Below, piece by piece: positions 53,114-64,000 of a DNA stretch of 64,000 bases. Position numbers and translations under genes: made by a program. This DNA comes from Octopus sinensis. Its lineage: Eukaryota. Numbering within the stretch: the stretch's first letter is position 1; each line of letters begins with the position of its first letter. The notes below the pieces were generated by a model, which saw nothing but the letters and a program-made list of their open reading frames with translations, was not told the origin of the DNA and made no database searches. The stretch lies in assembly GCF_006345805.1 (NCBI RefSeq), contig NC_043012.1, positions 43,772,001-43,836,000 of the forward strand, read 5' to 3'.

Positions 53114-54383
53114 CAGGGGTTGGTCAAAATAATGGAAATACCTAGCGTCATAGCATCATAATTTTGAAATATCTATAAAACCGTCAAAAGCTTGTTTATT
53201 TTGATGTTTTTTGATTTATTATTAGTGTTGCTTACTATGTTTTGTTAAAATTGCTGTTTCTTTTCAGATATCAGAAAAAGGTAATTAAATTTCTCTAAAA
53301 TGACAGATCTATCAGACTTTCACAGAGGTCAAATTGTTGGTGTTCGTATGGCAGGTACTAGAGTAACGAAAACAGCCGAAATGTTTGGTGTATCAAGAAT
53401 TACTGTCTCGAAAGTAATGACAGTCTTTGAGAAACAGTGAAAAACCTCCTCATCGAAACAAAACTCCGGAAGAAAACCAAAACTTTCAGATAGAGACCGT
53501 CGGACTCTTACGCGAATTGTTAGAAAGGATCACAAGAGTGCAGCTCCCAAAATTACTGTAGGGCTTAATGACTACTTCGGGAACACAGTTTCCACAAAAT
53601 CTGTTCACCGGGAGCTGCACAAACCCGGATTTCACAGGAGGATCGCAATCAGAAAAGCACTACTTTCAAAAACAAACGCTGCAAAGCGTTTAGAGTGGAG
53701 TAAAAACCTACAGAATTGGTTCCTAGAGCAGTGGAAGAATGTTAATTTCTCGGACGAGTCATGCTTTACCTTATTTCCAACCACTAGCCGAGTATACATG
53801 TGGAGACAGCCAAAAGAAGCATTTGACCCAGACTGCCTTCTTCCAACTGTTAAACATGGAAGAGAATCTGTGATGATCTGTGGGGACTATATCTTGGAAA
53901 TCCGCCGGCCCAATGGTTTCCCTTCATGGCATAATTAATAGTCAAGACTATTTAAGTATTTTGTCTGATCAATTCATCCGATGGTTGCGGAACTGTTTCC
54001 AGAGGGAAACGTAATCTTTCAGAATGATAATGCATCAATTCACACAGCTAAAGTTGTTACTGAACGGCATGAGGAACATTCTAGTGAAGTTGAACATCTT
54101 ATCTGGCTACCACAGTCCCCAGATCTCAATATTATTGAACATTTATGGTGCATTTTAGAAAAGCAAGTAAGAAGTCGATATCCTCCACCATCATCACTAC
54201 AAGAACTGGAGACTGTTTTAACTAAAGAATAGACAAAAATTCCTTTGGAAACAATTCAAACTTTGTATGAATCCATAGCTCGTAGAATTCATGCTGCAAT
54301 TACTGCCAAAGGCAATCTTACCCCATATTAAAATAAATTTGTTTGAAATTTTAAGGTGTTTCCATTATTTTGTCCAACCCATG
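53114..54383 (+). mobile_element. Full-length decayed Tc1-like (DD34E) transposon
   Basis: TIRs ca.gggttgg.caaaataatggaaa.acc; ORF from 53300 MTDLSDFHRGQIVG...FSDES...FQNDNASIH...SPDLNIIEHLW, ending ~54331; stops and a frameshift. Confidence 0.93.
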
Positions 54384-54385
54384 TA

Positions 54386-54458
<73 letters not shown>

Positions 54459-54829
54459 CATACATACATACATACTATATGCACACATAAGCATATACAA
54501 GCACAATCGCATAGAAATACACATTCACAGGTACACACAAACCCACAGACACACATCCATACTCAAACACATTTGGTGAGTGGAGATTTTGTTAATGTAT
54601 AATATCCTTTCGTTCAATTTTCGTGTTTGTCGCCGTCCCTTTCTGGGTGATTTTGATATCAAGGACATGAAAAATGTTTATGTCGGCTGTTATTTCAGAA
54701 TTTGCATTTGGAAGATCTCCTGAAACTCCTTTCTCAAATAACTTTATTGACATAGATTTCTTTTCTTTTTTCTCTTTTTTTTTTTTTTAGTTAATGTGAG
54801 CTGACCGTCATAATATACGCTATGCTGCA

Positions 54830-55450
54830 TGTTGCTGAATTTTGTGTGAATCATGTTGTACAAGCCTATGATCTCGCAAATCTTAGAAGAGTCTTTGCTA
54901 GCCATTGGTATGTCGAAGGATATGTGGTCTCTTTTTATCTATGTGGTTTTATCAGAGAAAGCAAAGATAATGTCACCTCTGTTATAAACTTAGATCGTGG
55001 TCGATGAAAGTAATGCAGTTTTTACGAAGGTAGGTGTTTCTAAAAGTAGAGACTTCGGCGATCAAAGGTAAATTCCTACCATGTTAATCTGCGTAAATTT
55101 GCACAAATGCTTGTTGTCTATACAGGTGAACGATTTAGTACCAAATGTCATGTTATTCACTATAGGGAAGTGCACGCTTTCTCTATATTTCTGATGATTT
55201 TATGTACGATGATTCTATTTAAACGACTGATTTTTGTTTGGTGGAGTTTAAAAGTTTTGCTTGTGTTTTCATGCAAAATGTGTAGAGAACTAGGCGTTCG
55301 ACTCTATCATTTGTGTCAAGTTCGACTGGTTTATGGAATTGAAGGTGTTCTGGTGAGGTATTTTATTTGTTAGTTGTTAGTACGGAGCTTTTTTATGTTT
55401 GCTGGTTTCATTCCAACCGTTTGAGTCGTTTAATGGTGCAAAAACGTTTT
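54830..55450 (-). pseudogene. Possible decayed Penelope RT N-terminal fragment
   Basis: Frameshifted TLL.F...GLYNMIH resembling the TLL..DV.SLYTNIPH motif. Confidence 0.4.
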
Positions 55451-56409
55451 TATCGTTTTGGATATTTTATATATTATTCCTAGACAATGTCAGAAGTTGC
55501 TTATGGGAAAACTCATAACTTAGACATTAAGTATAAAATACAATAGCTAAATCCCGATATCGATGCAGAAAATAATGTTACTTTTATACCTAATCGTAAA
55601 ATATACCCAGATAAGAACCATTTTATTGCAGATTCTACAAAAAGCTCACATTTTTGGGCATTCATAGGTTCACCACATGAAATACACAACATTTTTATTC
55701 GTGAAAATTTCTTAGAAAAGCTTCAGATCACTTGATCTTACATGTTATATTGTAAGTTTTTCAAAATATTTGAACGTTAGCACACTTAACTATGTATCTA
55801 TTTGTGAAACCAATAATCCCCGTAGAGTGACCTAAACGTGACCCAAACAGATCTCGCCGTATCATATTGACTGTCATCAACATGAAACTTTATTTAGCAA
55901 CTGGATTAGACAGTGATTTAATCACACACGTACACACACACGCTCATGCATATATATATATATAAAGTTCAAGAATAAAGGTTATGGCATTCATTTAGTA
56001 GTTTTAACAAATGCATAGTTCAGATAAGTCATGAATTTATATTCACGTGAATATAAATACAATTGTATAATGTTACGGCATATGACGTGTTACTCGTGTT
56101 TATCTCATCAGACAAAGATCAAAAATGCAATATATTTGCACTTGGACAGTTACCATATATATGGTTGTTTATTCATACAAGTGATGGAAAAGTCTCGTAT
56201 GTAGAAGAGAGGAGTGAATATTATGATGCGCATGTGAGAAATAGGATAGGCCAGTGTTAAAATCAGAGTCTAACTTAGTTGCATTGAATGAGGTTACTGA
56301 CTCATAATGCATTTAATATATTATAATACCCTACTATAAGGAAATGAATATCTGGAACTTGATTATCAGCATATAGGGAGTGGAACTATATATATACATA
56401 TATACATAT

Positions 56410-56472
<63 letters not shown>

Positions 56473-56627
56473 TATACATATATACATATATATACATATA
56501 TACATATATATACATATATACATATATATGCATATATATATACACATATATAGACATATACATATGTATACATACATATATATGTATATATATATGCATA
56601 TACATATACATATATATATATAAACAT

Positions 56628-56756
<129 letters not shown>

Positions 56757-56849
56757 ATCCAAACAAGAAAGCACAAAAAAACACAACAACGCGAGGACGT
56801 GGAACAATATAGTATTATTGGACGGTCAGGAAAGAAGGAAAGAAAGAGG

Positions 56850-56884
56850 GTTTAACGTTTCGAGCGGAGCTCTTCGTCGGAAAC
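56850..56884 (-). ncRNA. 35-nt minimal hammerhead-like motif (U4C) in a pLTR-type repeat (~56755-56955)
   Basis: Reverse complement is identical to 30919-30953. Confidence 0.6.
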
Positions 56885-57010
56885 ATGGGAGAAGGAAAGT
56901 TCCAGAGAAGGGAAGATAGAGGAAAAAACTCGCCAACGGTACACACGAGGTCACATATATATACATATACATACACATTTATACATATATACATGTACAT
57001 ATATACATAT

Positions 57011-57541
57011 AGCATGAACAGGATAAAATACCCATATTTTGCAGAAAAATGTGTCGGCGGCCAGCCATGAGACTCGAACTCATAGTCCTGTTATTTCGCG
57101 TCCAGTGCTTTACCTTTTGGCTAAACTGTTCATGCTATATTATTAGCATTATCTTGCGTTTGAGAATAACATTATTTCCTTATCTTTCAATACATCGTAA
57201 CGCTTCAAAACCAGACTTTGTTTACGTTCATCGTAATTTGAATTTAACCTACGATAGCTTTTTATAAAGTTACACTCATATATCCTAAATTTGTAGAATA
57301 ATTTGTTGTTGGGTCAGTTTAACTTAATGGTAAGGCACTGGACACATAATCACAGGCATGTGAATTCGAGTCTCATGGCTGGACGCCAACACATTTTTCT
57401 CCGCAATATGGCTAGTTTATCCTGTTCATGTCATATTATTAGCATTATACTGAGTTTGAGAATAAAATTATTTCCTTAGCTTTCGATACATCTCAACGCT
57501 TCTAGAGTAGACCTTGTTTACTCCCATCGTAATTTGAATTT
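57011..57541. mobile_element. Two adjacent copies of a tRNA-headed SINE-like repeat; head inverted in the first copy
   Basis: Second copy head gtcagtttaacttaatggtaaggcactggac...gaattcgagtctc (57311-57390); first copy has this head on the minus strand at 57011-57136 but the body on the plus strand. Confidence 0.7.
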
Positions 57542-57773
57542 AATATACTCATACACACACATCTATCTATCTATATATATAAATGTGTGTGTGTGTGTAT
57601 TTATATATATACATATATCAAAAACCATGTGTTATAATACTATTTCACAACGATACCAACAATCCAACGTACATCCATCATTAGCTGCCCCACGGATATC
57701 ATTATGTTTTCGACACCTGGTCAGTACCATTCAATCTGGCGGTGTCAACATCTGTAAAACAAATGTTGTTTGG

Positions 57774-57816
<43 letters not shown>

Positions 57817-57820
<4 letters not shown>

Positions 57821-58165
57821 CGTATATTTGCCATTTCAATATGGCTAACCCCTAAGGGTGGATGCTACTGTAGTTTTTAGCCCCAGGAGGACACACTCAT
57901 CCAGCTGGTCATAGACACACTTTCTGTGTCCTGTCAGTATTTGCAAAGGGAAGTCATCCTTCCCGTCTTCAACTTATGATACACACGGACTCGAGTTTCG
58001 AGGTATTGACCTCTCGTCAGCGTGTGACAATCACAGTTGTCGGCGAGAATTAAATTTCCTTCACAAATAGTTATACTTTTTCCAGCGTCCACTGTCGCTG
58101 ATATTGAAAAAGTGAAATCAAACAATGATAAATATCAAAGTGAGTTATCTACAGTAGCGGTAACA
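57817..58165. repeat. ~350-bp solo-LTR-like repeat, followed by a 43-bp re-start at 58170-58212
   Basis: gtgacgtatatttgcc...ggtaaca; homologous to 2588-2923. Confidence 0.45.
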
Positions 58166-58230
58166 CATCGTGACGTATATTTGCCATTTCAATATGGCTA
58201 ACCCCTAAGGGTTATATATATATATATATA

Positions 58231-59335
58231 TAAATCAATAAATGGCGGGGTTGCGTTGACCGCACGTGGAGAAATGATAGGCAAGGAAAAATTTTTAAAA
58301 GGCAGAAGGTAAATTTTAATGAAAATGGGCGTATGGAAAATTTTTTTTTAAATATATATATTAATTCAAACCGGTTTCCGTCGCAATGCGACTTTTCAAC
58401 AATTGTAAGGTGAAAAGAATTTTTTTTTATAATTGAGGAGGAGGAAAAAAGAAAATTACATTGTTTTTTGCAAAAAAGTAATAAACATATACACAAATTA
58501 AAAAATAGGTACACTGATACATTGTAAAGTCTTTGTGTATCTCGAGTTCAATGATAGTGCTTGGAAAAATTACCTTGGAGGATTAAGATCCATGTGATTA
58601 AATCCATGTAGGATGTTTGTTAAATAAATGTCAAAACAGGAAATGGGGTAGGAGTTATCCAGTTCCTGTGAGTAAGGGGAGACAACTCTGTGGGTTTTAT
58701 GCTCTTCAATTGGGGTTATCAATTTTTTGTAAGATAGGATGTTAATAGACCTTAAATTATAAAATTATCATTTTAGCTTCATTTGCATTATCTTTTTTTA
58801 TATAATTGTTTGCTAACTTAACATTCAGATTTTAACACTTTATTTATATTGTTTTCTAATTATATAAATTTACATAAACCAATTTATAATTTCATTTCAG
58901 ATTGTTATGTCATATATAATAAAAATAATAATAATAATAATAATGATAAATAAAGAATATAAGTTATAACTTGAAGTGATGACTGCATGATATCCAAACT
59001 ATCATTGAACTCGAAATACACAAAGACTTTACAATGTATCGGTGTTCCTATTTTTTAATGTTTGTATATGTTTATTATTTTTTTGCAAAAAACAATGTAA
59101 TTTTCTTTTTTACCCCTCCTCAATTATAAAAAAAAAATTCCTTTCACCTTACAATTCTTGAAAAGTGGCATTGCGACGAAAACCTGTTTGAATTAATATA
59201 TATATTTAAAAAAAATTTTTTTTAATTTTCCATACACCCATTTTCATTAAAATTTGCCTTCAATTCTGCCTTTTTATAATTTTTCCTTGCCTATCATTTC
59301 TCCACGAGCGGTCAACGCAACCCCGCCATTTATTG

Positions 59336-59340
<5 letters not shown>
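58231..59340. repeat. Inverted repeat, ~335-bp arms with ~430-bp spacer (pLTR-like)
   Basis: 58231-58565 versus 58993-59340; the arms contain a decayed hammerhead remnant gtcgc-att-gcgac-gGAAA-ccgg-TT. Confidence 0.9.
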
Positions 59341-59378
<38 letters not shown>

Positions 59379-59829
59379 AATATATATGCATATATACATA
59401 TATATATATATACAAACAACACTTGTTTTAGAGATGTTGACACTGTCAGATTGAATGGTACTGACCAGGTGTCGAAAACATAATGATATCCGTGGGGCAG
59501 CTAATGATGGATGTACGTTGGATTTGAATTAATATATATATTAAAAAAAAATTTTTTTCAATTTTCCATACACCCATTTTCATTAAAATTTACCTTCAAT
59601 TTAGTATTCTGCCTTTTTATAAGTTTTCCTTGCCTATATATATATATATATATATATAGGTAAACAGTAAAAATAATTACAGACATGGACAAGAACATGA
59701 AACACCACAGAGACGACACAAGAACCACAGGACGGGACATTCGAAGCCCTCAGTCATCAGTCAAGAACCAGATCATCTTAGCAATTTCGGCTGATTAATC
59801 TTGAAGCAATTATATATATAATCTTGAAG

Positions 59830-59872
<43 letters not shown>

Positions 59873-60490
59873 AATATATATGCATATATACATATATATA
59901 TATGGACATATATATACATATGGACATATATATATAAATCGTGAATTTTAATTTTATTTAATTTCTTTGCGGGAGCAACTGCTTATCAAAGGCGTATTTT
60001 GTCGTTGAATTACTGGAAATACGGGTTCGATATATATACAGATATATATACACATTCTCGCCATTCTCTGTCTTCCACTCTCTCTCATCTTACATTCTTT
60101 TCATAACCTGTATTTCTTTCTGATTCAGCTGGACGCATTAGAGGCATTTATGTCTGTCTCTTGTCCAAGCTTGCTTCTTTGCGTTCGCCACCTCACCTTG
60201 TTTTCCATTTCTTTCTTTTGTTATTGCAAAAATAGTTCATATTCCATGTATTCGTATTTATCTCATATTTTCGTTTTTTATGTTGTTTACGTTCCGTGAC
60301 GTCCTGTGCCCACATATGCCTATGTGTATATGTATAGATGTATGTACATATACGTATGTCTATATTCATATATATATATATATTATTCATATTACATATA
60401 TATCTACATATATAAACATATATGCATATGCATATATATGCAAATAAAATATATATACACATATATATGTATATACATACGTTTATACAT

Positions 60491-60546
<56 letters not shown>

Positions 60547-60555
60547 ATATATGTG

Positions 60556-60609
<54 letters not shown>

Positions 60610-60703
60610 CCAACCAACGAATATATATATGCATATAAAAATATATATACACATACATATGTATATACATACGTATATACATATACATACGTATATATAT
60701 ATT

Positions 60704-60762
<59 letters not shown>

Positions 60763-60784
60763 TATATAATATATATATAAACTG

Positions 60785-61705
60785 CGTGATCTTAGCATAG
60801 TTGGAAAACTGGGAGAATGGCTTCATGACTTTCTGAAAGATAGAAGTCAGGTGGTAGTAGCCAATGGGGCCACTTCCATTAACACGCAAATAGTGAGCGG
60901 TGTTCCGCAGGGCACTGTTTTAGGACCACTACTGTTCATAATGGCCCTCTCAGACATGCCCTCAGCCACGCAGAGAGCCACGATCACAAGTTATGCAGAT
61001 GATACAAAAGTTTCACAGGCAATACAGAACCCTGAGGACACTAAACGCCTGCAATGTGAGCTGGACAAAATATACAAGTGGGCTGAAAAAAATAGCATGC
61101 AGTTCAATGCTGAAAAGCCACTTTGACTATTGCTCTCAGCTATGGTCACCATCCAGTGTCAAGTTGATCACAGAACTTGAGGCGATCCAACGTAGCTACA
61201 CGAAGAAGATAGCCTCTGTGCAGAATATAAGCTACTGGGAAAGACTCAAGAGATTAAAACTCTATTCCTTGGAGCGTAGGCGAGAAAGATATGCCATAAT
61301 ATACATCTGGAAGATCCTGGAAGGACTTGTCCCAAACTTTGGCATCGAGAGTTACACAAATGCCAGAACTGGGCGCCACTGCGTGGTGCCAAGGACTCCA
61401 AATTTGCCATCAAGATGTAGGACAAGATACTGTGATAACCTGGGCTTCTGAGGCCTACAGCTCTTCAATATCCTTCCGAAGAACCTAAGAGACCTGCATG
61501 TGGTGGATGCAGATGTCTTTAAAATGAAACTGGATCTCTTCTTGTCAGGTATTCCAGATGAACCAACTTCACGGCAGGAGGTGCAGATGAGGGCAGCTGC
61601 ATCGAACTCTCTCATGCACCAAATGGCAGTTGCTAAAAAGCATTCGTGAAGTGAAACCATGTAGCAACACCAAATGACGGTGCCCGTGAGCTGAAACTAG
61701 AATCA
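60785..61705 (+). mobile_element. CR1-group LINE 3' fragment
   Basis: [14 protein letters not shown]...SYADDTK...WAEKNSMQFNAEK; DYCSQLWSP...YWERLKRLKLYSLERRRERY...PDEP. Confidence 0.92.
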
Positions 61706-61733
61706 ATATATATATATGTATATAATATATATA

Positions 61734-61815
<82 letters not shown>

Positions 61816-61879
61816 GTATACTTTTACTCTTATTCTTTTACTCATTTCAGCCATGCGGCTGTGGTCATGCTTGAATTCC

Positions 61880-63215
61880 ACCATGGTCTTTCTGACTTCC
61901 TCAGTCTGGGTGTTTCACATCACCTCTCCTGTATGTGCCTTTCTCCCAGCTTTTGGTACATTTGATGTATAACTGAGTTTGAGTCCGCAGCCCTCGTCTG
62001 TGTCTCATGTCGGGCTGTTGGTTCATCCGGCATTTTTGTGGCAGGCCATTGAAAAGCTGTGGGCCTTTGAACCCTAGACTATTGCAATACCTGGTCCTTA
62101 ATTTAGATGGACTGGACAGTACCTTTGGTACAATGCAATGGCTGCCAGTACTGGCATTTGTATAACACTCAATGCCAAAGTTAGGTACTAGCCCTTCTAG
62201 GATTTTCCATATGTATACTATTGCGTATCTGTCACGTCTTCGCTCCAAGGAGTAAAGCTGTAGTTTTCTCAGCCTATTCCTATAGCTCATCCACTGCACT
62301 TTTTCAATCTTTTTAGTGTAGTGGCGTTGGAGTGCATCAAGTTCCGCTGTTAGTTTGGCACTATGTGGTGACCATAACTAGGAACAGTAGTCCAGGCGGC
62401 CGAGAACAAAGGTTCTCCATGGGGTCAACATACTTTCTTGGTCTCTTGTCTTGAAGGATCTCAGTATCCATCCTACCTGTTATCTGCAATTTGCTGCCAT
62501 CTTGCTTATGTGCATATGATATGATGCATCATTGCACATGCTGATCCCCAAGTCTTTCACTACTTGTGATCCTGGGATTGTAGTGCCTTCGGGTCCTGAA
62601 AATGTACATTGTACTATATTTGTACTGAATTTATATTGCAGTGCTTGAAATTTTCCAGCATTAAACTGCATGTTGTTTATTTCGGCTCACGTGTATACTG
62701 AGTTCAGGACCCACTGTAAGCTTATAATATCTTCTTGGTTTTTTACTGCCTGTGATAATTTTGTGTCATCGACATAGCTAGTGACAGTAGCTGTCCGAGT
62801 GACTGCGGGCATGTCTAAGAGGGCTATTATGAACAGTAATGACCCCAGAACATTTCCCTGTGGGACACCACTGACGATACCAATTTCCTCACAAAGGGCG
62901 CCATTGGCTGCAACCACCTGACTTCTGTTTTTAAGGAAGTCATGCAGCCATTCTCCCAAGGTCTCGTAGCTTATGACTTATCCTGCCATGATCTACCTTA
63001 TCAAATGCCTTTGCAAAGTCAAGGTATATCACACTGACATTTGAATGGTCAAGCAGCTGTTTTAAAACCCAGTTATAGTGCTGAAGGGCTGTGTGATGCA
63101 GGTTCTTCCTGGGCGGGAGCCATGCTAAGTATTGTTCAGTAGATAATTTTCTTCTGGGAACATTGTCAACTTCTTTCTGATGATTCGCTCCATGACTTTA
63201 CTGATATGCGAAGTC
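61880..63215 (-). mobile_element. CR1-group LINE fragment, second diverged copy
   Basis: VMERIIRKK...HGSRPGRTC...SGVPQGNVLGSLLF...SYVDDTK...MQFNAGKF...LYSLERRRDRY. Confidence 0.9.
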
Positions 63216-63299
63216 CTGGATAGTCATGTGAAAATATGGTAAGGTTCTAGCTGCAGATTACTATACATGTAGTCTCTATGAGTGCACATGGAGCAACAT

Positions 63300-64000
63300 A
63301 CGCGCGCTGCCATATTGGATGGCTAACTACAGCAATAAAATGTAGGAGAAAAATGAGTTTACACCTCAATAACTCTACCTTAGACAAAAATTAATGAAAC
63401 TTTATGGCAACTCTTCCCACGGAGCTGTTGAGGGAAAGCTAATCACTTTAAAACATGAGCTCAGGACGATGAGCGAGAAACTCTGCTTTCGCAAGCGAAT
63501 TTTTGAGCGAGCTAGTATCAATCGCAAGTTTGCTTCCAGCCCGCAAGCATTATACAGAGATATGAGGAAGGAAAATATTACCATTAAGAAAGCTCCCTCC
63601 CAAGGAGATCTGCAATCATTCTGGTCAAAAATTTGGAACGAAAAGAGGGATCTCAACTTGATTGCATCATGGTTAAATATAATTCAGAGAGAATACTGTA
63701 CCAACATTAAGAGTAAAACATACAAAACTGATGCAGAAACCTTCGCTATAGCAGTAGGCAAACTGCAGAATGGGAAGGCACCTGGAAGGAAGCTAATGGT
63801 TGGATATTAGTACAAGAATCTGACATTTTATAGAAACCAATTGATATGTATGTTCAAAAGGACTATGGAAGATATACCACATTGGCTTGATACACCAAGG
63901 GCAAATCTTGCTGCCAAAAATAAAATCACTAAGATGGTAGGAAACTACAGGCGTATTACTTACCTAAATATTACGTAGAAACTGTGTACAAATTGCCTCA
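63300..64000 (+). mobile_element. R4/Dong-like LINE fragment (pre-RT region and RT start), continuing beyond the window
   Basis: NRKFASSPQALYRDM...SFWSKIWNE...WLN...NGKAPGR...IPHWL...GNYRRITYLNIT*KL. Confidence 0.8.

Noticed and set aside
53300-54331. Possibly active Tc1 transposase (and likewise the mariner ORFs)
   Set aside because: In-frame stops and frameshifts in every copy; none is intact.
59735-59800. CTGATGA with an upstream GAAA on the minus strand
   Set aside because: Stem II is out of register and stem III is unpaired.

Overview
AT-rich, microsatellite-dense animal genomic DNA with no prokaryotic features (no operons, rRNA, true tRNA genes or CRISPR arrays). The SINE families resemble those abundant in Octopus (inference, not verified by a search). 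The window is mostly decayed mobile DNA. DNA elements: three mariner/Tc1 transposons with both TIRs plus one truncated mariner, a non-autonomous Helitron, a long-TIR foldback with an 8-bp TSD and a visible empty-site paralog, and a TA-flanked MITE. Retroelements: many Penelope-like fragments and pseudo-LTRs, a head-to-tail stack of Tx1/L1-clade LINEs (40.2-48.4 kb), RTE, CR1 and R4/Dong LINE fragments, and tRNA-derived SINEs. No intact protein-coding gene could be supported; most long ORFs in the track are microsatellite artefacts. The most notable signals are: (i) minimal hammerhead-ribozyme motifs from at least three Penelope families, including one whose 3' half is tandemly repeated four times in a way that could make a dimer-dependent ribozyme work in cis; (ii) a SINE 3' tail matching the 3' end of the neighbouring Tx1-like LINE; (iii) many long inverted repeats. 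Coordinates were read by eye; ends of decayed elements are approximate.
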